NCBI RefSeq assembly: GCF_000142905.1
Contig: NW_013657679.1
Span: 572,114-636,113 of the forward strand
Length of the DNA stretch: 64,000 bases
Source of the DNA: Thecamonas trahens ATCC 50062
Taxonomy: Eukaryota > Protista > Apusomonadida
Direction: 5' to 3'
In this document: one piece after another, positions 53,862 to 64,000 of the stretch
Numbering within the stretch: position 1 is the stretch's first letter
Layout of the letters: the number at the start of each line of letters is the position of its first letter
The notes under the pieces: model-generated
Database searches by the model: none
What the model saw: the letters and a program-made list of their open reading frames with translations, nothing else
What the model was told of the DNA's origin: nothing
Program-made: the position numbers and the translations under genes

Positions 53862-55121
53862 ATGGCTGGACGCAACAGAGGCACCACGCGGCGGGGACCT
53901 TCAGGAGGGCTCAGCCGCGGAGGCTCCAGCAACGAGACGGTGCCGTCGGGGACTATGCTGCGCGAGTCGGAGCGTCTGGCCGAAGAGGCCAAGGCCATGG
54001 AGGAGCGGTTGGCGGCGCTGCGGAACGCTTTGGCGCGCGACAAGGAGGAGCGGGTCCGGAGGAGCCAGGCGGCGCTGGAGCGAGCGTCTGAGGCGCCGCG
54101 GGGGACGGTCGACTCGATCTGGCGCCATGGCTCCAAGCATGGTCCACTTGGCGCCCATGGCGAGGTGGTGCGGGCGGATGCGGCGAAGCGGATGCAGCGC
54201 GGGAAGGCAGTCGGGAAGGGGAAGGGCACAGGGAAGAGCAAGGTCTCGACTCTGTATGGGGCAAACAAGACGTGGGCACCGCTGGGTGGAAGTGACGACA
54301 ATGTCGCGGCGGCGGAGCAGGCGTCCGAGCCTGTGGCGGAGCAGGCACCGGAAGCGAAGACTGGATCAGATCTGCTCAAGGCGCTTGATGCGTGGCCAGT
54401 GACGGCACCCAGGCCGGTGGTGGCTCCGGCACCAGTCCCGATGACGGCGCCGGCGCCGGTCCCGATGGCGGCGCCGGTCCATCCTGGGGCAGAGAACCCG
54501 TTGTTGCGCGGGAGCTATGATGAGCAGGCGGCAGCGGCCGAGTTTCAGGATGCCGTCCGCGAGTGGCGGGCCGGGCGGGCAGGCGCGGCTGGGGAAGGAG
54601 GTGGAACCCATCCGCTGCTCCAGGGCAGTTACGACGAACGCGCAGCAGCGGCAGATTTCCAGGACGCTGTTCGTGAGTGGCGGGCCGGCCGGACAGGCTC
54701 GGCTGGGGAAGCAACAGCGACAACAACGGCGACAGTACCGGCGACAGCGACGGCGACAGCGACAGCACCAGCATCACCCAATCCGCTGCTTCAGGGCTCG
54801 TACGACGAGCAGGCGGCGGCGGCCGAGTTCCAGGCAGCGGTCCAGCAGTGGCGGGCTGGGCGCGGCGCAACAGCTGGAGGTCCGGACCGTGAAAACAGCG
54901 GCGAGCAGGGAGCGAGCTCGAGTAGCGCGACGATCGTGACAAGCTCGACTAGCACCGGAACAGCAGCGCCGCCACTGCGACAGAGCAATGCCCAGGCCAG
55001 GAGCGCCGGCTCGGGGCCTAGGACTTACTACCAGAAGCTTCTGGCCAAGCAGCGCGCCAAGGAGCTGGCGGCGCTACAGGTGGAGGTCGAGGAGCTCAAG
55101 GCGGCTGGGCGGCTGGCGTGA
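53862..55121 (+). CDS. ZBBX-like protein lacking a B-box, with a triplicated GSYDE..FQ.AV..WR motif
   Basis: AMEERLAALR...DKEER..IWRHG resembles the ZBBX N-terminus; 3 x (N/H)PLLxGSYDExAAAAxFQxAVxxWRAGR. Confidence 0.6.
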   Translation: MAGRNRGTTRRGPSGGLSRGGSSNETVPSGTMLRESERLAEEAKAMEERLAALRNALARDKEERVRRSQAALERASEAPRGTVDSIWRHGSKHGPLGAHGEVVRADAAKRMQRGKAVGKGKGTGKSKVSTLYGANKTWAPLGGSDDNVAAAEQASEPVAEQAPEAKTGSDLLKALDAWPVTAPRPVVAPAPVPMTAPAPVPMAAPVHPGAENPLLRGSYDEQAAAAEFQDAVREWRAGRAGAAGEGGGTHPLLQGSYDERAAAADFQDAVREWRAGRTGSAGEATATTTATVPATATATATAPASPNPLLQGSYDEQAAAAEFQAAVQQWRAGRGATAGGPDRENSGEQGASSSSATIVTSSTSTGTAAPPLRQSNAQARSAGSGPRTYYQKLLAKQRAKELAALQVEVEELKAAGRLA

Positions 55122-55140
55122 GTGCGGCGACGGACGAGAG

Positions 55141-57228
55141 CTACGGGTCGAGGCTCCGCCAGACCCAAGTGGCAAAGTACGGATCGTCCTCGCACTCGAC
55201 AGCCGCTTTGAGCCAGGCCGGGACCTCGGCGACGATGTGGGTGAGCTGCGAGGTCCGCGCGAGCGCGGCGTGAAAGACCTCGAGTCCGTAGCGGGTACTC
55301 GGGTGCGGATGGACAACAAGCGCAAGACCGCCAGGCGTGAGGAGTGAGGCGAGGACAGCAGCCGTGCCTGCGCCAGTCTGGGCGTCGTAAACGGGATCGG
55401 CAGCGAGAACGAGGTCAAAGGCGGCGACTGACGACGGCGACGACCAAGCAGCAGCCTCGGTCGCCCACGAGCTCGAGTCCCACGCGAGCGGGAGTGAGGC
55501 TACAACTTCATCGGTCGGTCGCGAAAGATACAGGTTGACGTCGAGCCACTCGGCCGGAGCGCCGGGAAGCGTGGTGGCAACCAGTGCCGCCGGCTGGCAG
55601 TGCGCGGCAACGAGCGAGACGAGGCCGCAGCCGGATCCCAGCTCGAGGACGGTGCGGTTGAGGACCAGCGAGGGGTTGGCGTGGACAATGCGCGCGAGGA
55701 TGACCGCGGGCGCGGAGCCGACACGCAGCCAGCGCGGCGCGGCCTCGGGAACAGCGCAAGCGCGGGCGCCTGCTGAGCTCCGCCGCGACGAGGCGCCAGA
55801 GCTTCGCCGCGGCGAGCCAGAGCTCTCGCTCAGCTCGCTGAGGAGCTCGTCAGACTCGGCCGGCGCAACAAGGCTCAGTGGCTTGTGACGGGCGGCGCGA
55901 AACGGGATGAGTAGCCGGAGATCCAGCTGACGCCCAGGTGTGCTCGACGAGAGTGCAAACGGGCGCTCGCCGTGGCGCATGTGGACAAGGCCAAGCGACG
56001 ACGAGGTGAGCGACGACGGGTTGAAGAATCCGGTCCCAGCACCAGGCGCCAGCTGGCACGCAGTCAGCTGCTCCACAAGCGCCTCCAGCTCGGATGGGTG
56101 CAGCGAGTCGTCGATGACGTGGCGAAGATAAGAGCCAAACAAGCCCGAGTCACCGATGGTCCCGAGGTTAGCGGCGTCGGAGCGCGAGGCCGTCACCGCC
56201 GACGCGGCCTCCTCGACCTGGCTCAGCATGGCCTCGAGGTTGGCGACCGAGAACCGCTTGCTGGCCCCACACAGGCGCGCGCCGCGCGGATTCAGCAGCC
56301 CGCCATCGCCAGCATCGTCGAGCGTGAGCTCGAGCGCGTACACCGAGGCCCGGGCCGACCGGTTGATGGCGTCGTCAAGAGCCTCGCTTGAGCCCAGTGG
56401 CGGAGCCGCCGAGGTCTCGTCGCCAGCCGACAAGCCGCTGTCCGATGCCGAGTCTGTACTTGCGTTGGAGCCAAAATTGCCCGCAGCGGCGAGCAGAAAC
56501 GATGGCAGGTGGACCACAAAGCCGGCAGGGAGGCGGAGCCAGCGGTTTGCGGCTGTGGGCGGGGAGGCTTGCTCATCAACAAAGGCCGGAATAGTGTGCG
56601 GGGCGTCGACCTCCGCCATTGATTCGGGGCTCCAGTTCTGGGCACTCCAGATCTCGTGGAGAGGCACGTGGCGGAATACAAATCGCATGACGTGGGCTGT
56701 GGCGAGGAGGCCGGCCCACTCGTGGCCCGAGCCCGTGTCGGACGGCTCGATGTCGGGCAGCGGCTCGACAACGAGCACGCTCAACTGGCGGGCACGACGC
56801 TCGATCGATTGCGGGCCCTCACCGGCAAGCAGGGCGAGGATAGGCAGAGCGCCGGCGTCGAGGACCGCGGATCGGGCCTGGGGATAGGCCTCACACAAGC
56901 GAATGAGAGCCTCCATGACGCCGTTGGCCAGGTACTCGTCACCGAGCATGGAATCGAGGGCCAAGAGCTGGACAAGGAGTGCAGCCATATCTGCCACAGC
57001 ATCCAGGCGAGCATCCAGTACTTCTTCACACACATCGTCGGCTTTCGAGGAACGAGAGCTCGTGCCGACACTCCTCGGCGTGGAGAGGAGCAAGCACGCC
57101 TTGCCCACGGCCGAGACAAGAGCATTACGGGTGGTAGGGAGAGAGGGCGAGGTGGTGAGAGCAAGAAGGGCAGCCTCCTCCAGGGCGTCCACAGCAGCAG
57201 CAAAGCCGCCGCGAACAACTGCCGTCAT
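55141..57228 (-). CDS. Seven-beta-strand SAM methyltransferase (METTL21/Methyltransf_16-type) with ARM-like N-terminus; may extend into the gap
   Basis: VLELGSGCGLVSL (motif I), LAW, FDLVLAADPVYD (DxxY); ARM-like GVMEALIRL..VLDAGALPILALL. Confidence 0.75.
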   Translation of the reverse strand: MTAVVRGGFAAAVDALEEAALLALTTSPSLPTTRNALVSAVGKACLLLSTPRSVGTSSRSSKADDVCEEVLDARLDAVADMAALLVQLLALDSMLGDEYLANGVMEALIRLCEAYPQARSAVLDAGALPILALLAGEGPQSIERRARQLSVLVVEPLPDIEPSDTGSGHEWAGLLATAHVMRFVFRHVPLHEIWSAQNWSPESMAEVDAPHTIPAFVDEQASPPTAANRWLRLPAGFVVHLPSFLLAAAGNFGSNASTDSASDSGLSAGDETSAAPPLGSSEALDDAINRSARASVYALELTLDDAGDGGLLNPRGARLCGASKRFSVANLEAMLSQVEEAASAVTASRSDAANLGTIGDSGLFGSYLRHVIDDSLHPSELEALVEQLTACQLAPGAGTGFFNPSSLTSSSLGLVHMRHGERPFALSSSTPGRQLDLRLLIPFRAARHKPLSLVAPAESDELLSELSESSGSPRRSSGASSRRSSAGARACAVPEAAPRWLRVGSAPAVILARIVHANPSLVLNRTVLELGSGCGLVSLVAAHCQPAALVATTLPGAPAEWLDVNLYLSRPTDEVVASLPLAWDSSSWATEAAAWSSPSSVAAFDLVLAADPVYDAQTGAGTAAVLASLLTPGGLALVVHPHPSTRYGLEVFHAALARTSQLTHIVAEVPAWLKAAVECEDDPYFATWVWRSLDP

Positions 57229-57277
57229 TCCTACGAGGTAAGGGGGTGGGGGGGGGTGAGGGAGGTGGGGGGGGGGG

Positions 57278-57649
57278 NNNNNNNNNNNNNNNNNNNNNNN
57301 NNNNNNNNNNNNNNNNNNNNNNNNNNNNNNNNNNNNNNNNNNNNNNNNNNNNNNNNNNNNNNNNNNNNNNNNNNNNNNNNNNNNNNNNNNNNNNNNNNNN
57401 NNNNNNNNNNNNNNNNNNNNNNNNNNNNNNNNNNNNNNNNNNNNNNNNNNNNNNNNNNNNNNNNNNNNNNNNNNNNNNNNNNNNNNNNNNNNNNNNNNNN
57501 NNNNNNNNNNNNNNNNNNNNNNNNNNNNNNNNNNNNNNNNNNNNNNNNNNNNNNNNNNNNNNNNNNNNNNNNNNNNNNNNNNNNNNNNNNNNNNNNNNNN
57601 NNNNNNNNNNNNNNNNNNNNNNNNNNNNNNNNNNNNNNNNNNNNNNNNN
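57278..57649. other. assembly gap
   Basis: Run of N next to poly-G. Confidence 1.
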
Positions 57650-57897
57650 GGCTAGTTAGTCGGACCGAACGACGACCCCCCTACCCCCCCCCCCACCCCC
57701 CATCCATTACCAAGAGTCGACAAGGCGCAAGGCAGGCATGTTGGGAGAAAATCCATGGGGGATGGGCGAGTGGCGGTCGGGGCCAATGTCCCCCCCCCTC
57801 TCCCTCGTCCCCATCAATGGCATCCCAGGAGGTGCTCAAGTGTCCGCAGGGATGAGGGGTGGAGAAGCGGCCAGACCCGACTTGAGAAGCAAGGCTT

Positions 57898-58626
57898 ATG
57901 TTTGGAAGACAGAGTACAGGGTGGACAGCAGTCGGGGTGCGTATGCTTGCGTCGCGAGTGCGACAGCATGTCAATCCGCTTGCGTCGCACTTTGACTATC
58001 CCCCAGCACTCCCTGCTGCCTGGGACGAGGTCCTGGCCGATGCCCAGGGTCTGCCGCTGGTGGTGGACGTGGGATGCGCGGCTGGCGGATGGATGGTGGC
58101 TCTGGCCAAGAAGCGGGTAGATGTCAACGTCATTGGTTTGGAGATCAGGAGGCCTGTGGCCAAGGCTGCGGCTGCCGCCACCGATGAGCTGGCCAACGCG
58201 TACGCCGCCTGGGGCAACGTCCTGCCGGAGCGAGCACCGGCGCTTATCGACGCTCTGCCGCGTGAGCCAGCGCTGATCACCTTCCACTTTCCGGATCCGT
58301 GGTTCAAGAAGAAGCACACCAAGCGGCGCGTGGTCAATCCGGGGCTCGCCCGCGCGCTTGCCTCGCGCCTCGCGCCGGGCACCGGCATCTTTGTCCAGAC
58401 CGACGTCCTCGAGCTGTTCGAGGCCATGGACGAGGTGTGGAGCTCGACGCCGGGCTTTGAGCGGAGTACCGCGCTTCCGGATCTGTTTCCGGGCTCAGTC
58501 TTTGCCTCGGGCGCCTCGACCGACGGATCGGTCAACGCCACTGGTGTGGCGACCGAGCTCGAGACCCGATGCCTCGCCCGAAACATGCCCATCTACCGCG
58601 CCCTGTTTGTGCGGAGCGCGCTTTGA
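57898..58626 (+). CDS. trmB: tRNA (guanine-N7)-methyltransferase, bacterial TrmB type
   Basis: RVRQHVNPL, VDVGCAAG, GLEIR, FPDPWFKKKHTKRRVV, QTDV, TELE. Confidence 0.9.
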   Translation: MFGRQSTGWTAVGVRMLASRVRQHVNPLASHFDYPPALPAAWDEVLADAQGLPLVVDVGCAAGGWMVALAKKRVDVNVIGLEIRRPVAKAAAAATDELANAYAAWGNVLPERAPALIDALPREPALITFHFPDPWFKKKHTKRRVVNPGLARALASRLAPGTGIFVQTDVLELFEAMDEVWSSTPGFERSTALPDLFPGSVFASGASTDGSVNATGVATELETRCLARNMPIYRALFVRSAL

Positions 58627-58633
58627 GTCGAGT

Positions 58634-59632
58634 TTAGGCGAGAATCTCGTCGGCGTCGAGCTCGACTTGGATGGTTGACGCGTCTTTGGTCACACCGTGG
58701 ACGTCCTTGTCGGCAAAGCCGAGGGTGATGTGAAAGTCGTGCGCGGGAAAGCCGAGGCGGGCGAGCGCGTCGTTGGCTGATGGCCAATCGAGGACAAGGA
58801 ACCAGGTCGTGTTGTCTGCCTCGCACGCCTTGCCGATGCCACGCGGCATCCAGTCGTCGGCGAGGACGCAGTCGACGTCGATGCCTTCGAGCTCCGGGTC
58901 AGGCGCAGACGCGAGGTCGGCCGGCTCGGCGCGGCCTGTCAGCTTGTCCAGAACAGCGGCCATAGCATCATGCCACGCAAGCTCGCTGTCGGCCTTTTCG
59001 CGGACGAGAGCCACAGCGGCTTCGGTGTCGGCCTTGGAGAGGAGCGTGATGTGGTAGGCAGGGCCGTCGCGCTTGGCACGGGCCGCCGCCGCCGCCGCCG
59101 ACAGCAGCCCGGTCTCCTGCGCTACTGTCGCCGCCCGCACCGCCGCCCGATTGACCGCCGGGCCCTCGAGTGCCACGTACCGGGCCCGAGTCAGTGACAC
59201 GCTCTCAAACACGGTTGCGCCGCCGTCGCTCTCGCCCGCTGCGCCGTGTGTGACCACGATCCGCCTGTTCGGCTTCTTGCCGCGCGACTCGTGGCCAAGG
59301 CAGAGCGACTCTGCGATGGCGTGGACACGCCTCCGCTCGCCAGGCTTGAGATTGGCCGGAAACGCGAGTTCGGCCTCTGTCCCGCTTGTCTTGAACGCCA
59401 CCAGCTTGTCGTATGTCGCGCCGCCGAACTTGTCCGTCGGCCGATCGATGTCGTCCACCTCGTTCGGATCGTACGCCACAGTCTGTCCCGCGCCAGTTGC
59501 GATCAAGATGAGTCATAGGTCCAATCCCCCCCCCCCCCCCCCCCTCTTCTCCTCCTTCTATCGCTCACCTCACCGAGGCCTTACCCTGGGCAGACGACGA
59601 CAATGCCGACGGATGACCTTGTCAGCTGACAT
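58634..59632 (-). CDS. R3H domain + 2H phosphoesterase, probable intron 59584-59483
   Basis: R3H: FPANLKPGERRRVHAIAESLCLGHESRG. Two HxT motifs: YHITL and FHITLGF..DVHGVTK. Confidence 0.8.
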
Positions 59633-59898
59633 GACCGCAGACACAGGAGACGCAACAGGGCAAGCCACAGACGTAGCAGAGGCAATGAGACAGTGGGGCA
59701 GAGGCAGTGAGGCACGCGCAAAGGGTGAAGAGAGGTTGAGTAGGGAGGGAGTAAGAGGGGGGGGGGGGGGGAGGCTCAGCCAAGTGTGGCTCTGTGTCGG
59801 TGTGTCAGTGTGTCTGGTTGTGGCTCTGCTGCATCCCCTTTATCTTGGCCTCATTCACAACACGGCAGAGACCTTCCATTTCGGTTTCTTTTTTACCA

Positions 59899-59950
59899 CA
59901 CACACACATACACACATACATACATACATACATACATACATACATACACA
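59899..59950. repeat. (CA)n/(TACA)n microsatellite
   Basis: Direct reading. Confidence 0.9.
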
Positions 59951-59981
59951 TGCACATGCCCAGCGGGCCGAGCTTTTGAAA

Positions 59982-62762
59982 TCAGCGCCGCCGACGCCGC
60001 TTGCGGGGTGGTGCCGCAGCTTCGGAGGAGCTGCTTTCGCTAGCTTCATCATGCTCGGCATCTTCGTTGTGGCCATCGCTGGAAACGTCGCCGTCATCGT
60101 TGGGGACAGCAGAGGAAACGTCACCGTCATCGTTGGAGACATCGCCATCGCTGGCAGCCGAGCCGCTGCCATCGCCGAGGATGGCGGCGTTGAGCCGGCG
60201 CAGCTCCTCGGGGTCCATTGGCTCGAAGCGGTTGTTGTCGTCGTCGTCGTCGTACGAGTACTCGCCGGCGGCGGCAGCGGCGGCGGCGGCCTCGGCCTCG
60301 GCCTTCATCGCCTTGCGCTTGGCCCACGCCTTGCGGTCCTTGACCAGCTGCAGCATGTCGCCGCCGCGGCCGTCCTCGCTCTGCTCGAGGTACTCGGCGA
60401 CCGTGATCTGGCCCGAGAGACCGGCGGCGCGGATCTTGTCCTTGATCTTGCGCTCGAGCTTGCGGGCGCGGAGCCGCTGGCGCTGCTTCTCCTTGTCTTG
60501 GGCATCCTCGCGCGCCATACGCTCCTGCAGCCGCGCAATGCGCTCGGCGCCACGGACAATCTCCTCGTCCGAGCCCGAGTCCGAGCCTGAGAACATAATC
60601 TTGCCCTCCGCAAAGTCATCGATCCGGATGCGCTTCTTGGCCTTCTTGTTCTTCTTGGCTGCCTTGCGCGCCGCGCGCGCCTCGGCTTGCAGCTCCTCGA
60701 ACGAGAGCGTCTCGCCGGTCTCAACCGGGCCGGCCGCGGCCAGCTCCGGATCAAGCTCGTGGTCCTTGCGCTTGAGAACCAGCAGGCCATCATCCGACTC
60801 GGGATCGGCCGACGACGACGACGACGACGACGACGAGACCACCGCCGGGATCAGAGTCTTCTTCTTCTTACGCCGCTTGCGCTTGCGCTTGCGCTTGCGG
60901 CCGGTAGCATCGTCCGCGCCTGCCGAAGCGCCCGCGTCCGAGCCCGCGCACTCTGACTCGTCGTCGGACGTCTCGGCACCCGAGTCGGTGCCCAGCAGCG
61001 CGAGCATCTGCTCCATCTTGTGGGCCTGCGACCGCGATGAGTTCTTTTTGGCCTTGGCCCGCGCCAGTGACTCGGCCGCCGTCCGCGACGAGCGCAGGAA
61101 CTTGAGCTTGGGCCGCGAGACGAGGCCGAGCGAGGCCGCAAACTCGTCGAGCGGGAGCGCCGCCACATCAAAGACCTTCTTGTTCTGGGCCACAAAGACA
61201 GAGCGGACGTACGACTTGTAGGCGCGGATGGCGCGCTCCTTGATGGCCACGTCGCGGGAGCAGAGCGACTGCAGGAAGCCGACCACATGGTTGAGCTTCT
61301 CCGGGTTGGCCTTCACCTGGGTCAGCGGCACCTTGGCGCTCTGCAGCTGGGCGAGCAGCGCGTCGACCTCGGACGGGAGCAGGACCAGCAGGGCACGACC
61401 AGCCGACCGGAACCGGGCCGTCCGCCCCACGCGGTGGATGTACGTCTTGACCGAGTCGGGCGCGTCGAGCGAGATGACCCACGAGACGTCGTTAAAGTCG
61501 AGTCCGCGCGCTGCAATGTCGGTGGCGAACAGGACCGCCGACTTGCCGCGGTTGAACGCGTTGTACACATGCATCCGCTTGGCCTGGTTCTGTTTGCCAT
61601 GCAGCTCGAGCAGCGGCACGCCCGGCCGCATGTGGCGGAACGCCTCGTACACAAACTGCACCTGCTTGCACGATGAGAAGAAGACCAGGGTCTTGGCCGA
61701 CAGGTGATTCTTGATGAACGACATCAGAAAGTCTAGCTTGTGCTGCAGCTCGAGCACCATGTACGACTGGACGAGCGCGTCGGGCGTCGTCACGTCGGCG
61801 GTCTCGTGAACAGCCACAAACTCGGGGTCCTTCAGCGACAGTCGCGCCAGCTGCTTGACCGACGACGTTTGTGTCGCTGAAAACAGCAGCGTCTGCCGCT
61901 CCGACGGCAGGTTGGCCAGGATAGCGTTGAGCGTCGTCTTGAAGCCCATCTCCAGCAGCAGATCGGCCTCGTCGAGGACAAGAATCCGCACCCGCGAGGC
62001 GTCAAAGTGTGGCGTCTCGTCCATGTGCTGCAGCAGCCTCCCGGGCGTCGCCACCAGCAAGTTCATCCGCAGAATTCGCACCTGCTCCGCCTCAAAGTCC
62101 TTGCCGCCAATGACCAGCCCGGCCGAGAAGACATGGCCCGAGCCGACGGTCCGGAGGACTTGGAAGATCTGCGCCGCCAGCTCGCGGGTAGGCGAGATGA
62201 CCAGCGCCCCAAGGCCATCCATGTGCGACCAGCGCGCCCGGAAGAGCGTCTCCAGCACAGGAATGAGAAAGGCAAGCGTCTTTCCAGACCCCGTCTTGGC
62301 CGCGCCCAGCACATCGCGCCCGGCCAGCGCATGCGGCACCGCCGCCCGCTGGATGTCGGTCAGCTTGGAGAAGCGACCCCTCTTGAGGCCAAGCTTGGTC
62401 GGTTCCGACAGCGGCATGTACCGGAAGAACCGTGGGAACATCGACGAGTCATTGCTAGACCCAGCTAGCTTGGAAAGTGGTGTTGCCTATCCCCATACCA
62501 CCGCCCCAAAGCCATCCATGTCAGTCCCCCTCCGCTCCCAGGTCGACCCGGCTTCAGGATGGTCTGTTTCGTTCCCATCCATCTCAGCACCCCCCCCCCC
62601 ACACACACACACACACACCCACACACACACCCTCACACGTACACCACGAGGCGGAGTCGACTGGGCAACCCTCCGCTCTAGCTCAGCCATCATCTTCTCC
62701 TGGGAAATCTGTCGGGATTTGCGAGCCTCCCGGCTCCGAGCCAGCTTCCTCTTGCGGACCAT
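59982..62762 (-). CDS. DDX10: DEAD-box RNA helicase DDX10/Dbp4, 2 exons (62762-62643, 62486-59982)
   Basis: GAAKTGSGKTLAF, DGLGALVISPTRELA, HVFSAGLVIGGK, DEAD, SATQT, HRVGRTAR; phase-0 GTACGT...TAG intron. Confidence 0.93.
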
Positions 62763-63073
62763 GGCGCCGCTGGTTGAGAGAGTCGAGTGGAGGAGTACCA
62801 TGAGCGACGGCCTGTCGTGCTCACCATCATCACCAGCCAGCACGATCACGTTCATGATATTGGTAAGGTACCGGCCACAGACCACATGGAGTGGCTTACA
62901 CCTTAGTCGAACACCTGTATTGCGTGCGGTTCATGCAAGTCGCTGATCATGCCCATCCCAGCCGGTAGGAATGCCTCTCACTCGGCAGCCGCGAGCCTCC
63001 TTCGATGGATGGCATCAAACCATGAGTTGGTGGTCCTCGCAAGAGATGCACGTCTATCTCAACTGGTGTGGCC

Positions 63074-64000
63074 ATGATCGATGCGAATGATAGCCAGCCA
63101 CTGCCTCAGCTCGAAGCAAATGACGTCACTTGCCCTGCCACCGTGGCTGATGCTGATACTGGTGGCCACTCGACTCCAAGCAAAGGGCTGAGCATGGCAG
63201 GGGTGCTCCCAGTGGTTGTGGATGCCATGGTTGATGCCATCGACACCTCGTCCTTGCTCCAGGCATACTGTCCCTACTGCTCTGTCTACTCGAGCTGTAT
63301 CGAAGACATTGCCCAGCGTATGTACCATGCCTGTCCCCCTCCTCTCCCTTCCCCCCCCCCCCCCCCCGCCCCTCACCTCGTCCGTTGGGCTCCGGCGTGA
63401 GAGAGCGCGGAGACAAATTTCAACATTTTTACGCAGCGCTCAACCACGACTCACACCCACCATCCAACGACATACACTCGCTACTGCTCCTTGCTGCTCC
63501 TTGCTGAGCACTACAGAGACGCAGCATGGCTTGGCTTGCCTCAACTGTGGTGGGGCATACTCGGTACCGGCCCTGTCTTACGCTATAGCTCTCATTGTTC
63601 AGGGTACCAGTGCTGACCCGCACTCGCCGTTTCAGAGTACGTCAAAGTTTGGCCTCTTGCCACGGCCATGGAGATGATGACAAGTGTGGGGATGGAGAGA
63701 GGCGGGATCAAGAGAATGGGGGAGGAGCATGGGTGACTCACTGTGCCATGTGTGGGGCTACGTGTGGGGCTACAGTTGATCTCGCTGGTGACTGGCTCGA
63801 GTCGGTCCTTGGCGGGGATGCCCAGTTTGTGTACAACTGCATGTGCCAAGCCGAGGCTGCGCTTGCTGATGCTGGCATCAATGGCTCGGCATGGGATCTG
63901 CTCGATGAGGTCATGCAGGGCTTCTTTGTTGGCGCTGACTTTCGGCTGCAGTGTCTCATCAAGGACGGCGTGCCCATTCCGTTGGCACGACGCGAGCGGA
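63074..64000 (+). CDS. Possible multi-exon hypothetical gene running off the window
   Basis: ORF ending at a GTATGT donor (63318); coding-like frame after CAG at ~63776 (DLAGDWLESVLGG...LIKDGVPIPL). Exon structure unresolved. Confidence 0.3.

Noticed and set aside
40954-55121. Co-regulated ciliary gene cluster
   Set aside because: Ciliary genes are numerous in flagellates and are interspersed here with SKP1 and a sirtuin; chance is sufficient.
2458-62946. Many long antisense or alternate-frame ORFs (e.g. 2458-4488, 7572-9869, 22466-24220, 29183-30802, 59073-60590)
   Set aside because: Shadow ORFs expected at high GC opposite real genes; no domain motifs.

Overview
Gene-dense, GC-rich, intron-poor eukaryotic DNA with four assembly gaps, probably from a free-living flagellated protist. 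An apusomonad such as Thecamonas fits (CatSper plus a BIN4-like gene, compact genome), but this is inference only. About 35 protein-coding genes can be supported. Housekeeping genes include NDC1, SGPL1, SURF6/RRP14, TMEM104-like transporter, mitochondrial bL9 and IF3, DPY30, OST4, HID1, SKP1, DDX10 and TrmB. Cilium-associated genes include CatSper1-like, ZBBX-like and an axonemal-dynein-light-domain giant. No CRISPR array, RNA gene or recognisable transposon was seen. The standout locus (20.3-24.9 kb) is an NLR-like STAND receptor with two N-terminal HEPN-type RNase motifs (RNWISH, RHNMAH), an NB-ARC-type ATPase and near-identical 132-bp TPR repeats that vary only at a few non-synonymous sites. 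A single TAC->TAG stop interrupts the last repeat. Other notable items are a sirtuin lacking its catalytic His, a degenerate PARP-fold + B-box + coiled-coil (TRIM-like) protein, a BIN4-like topoisomerase VI partner, a cyanobacterial/plastid-type TrmB, and an R3H-2H phosphoesterase. The window also shows a GTACG 5' splice consensus, abutting or overlapping convergent stops, and three homopolymer frameshifts that are probably sequencing errors. All calls come from motif recognition by eye; no searches were run.
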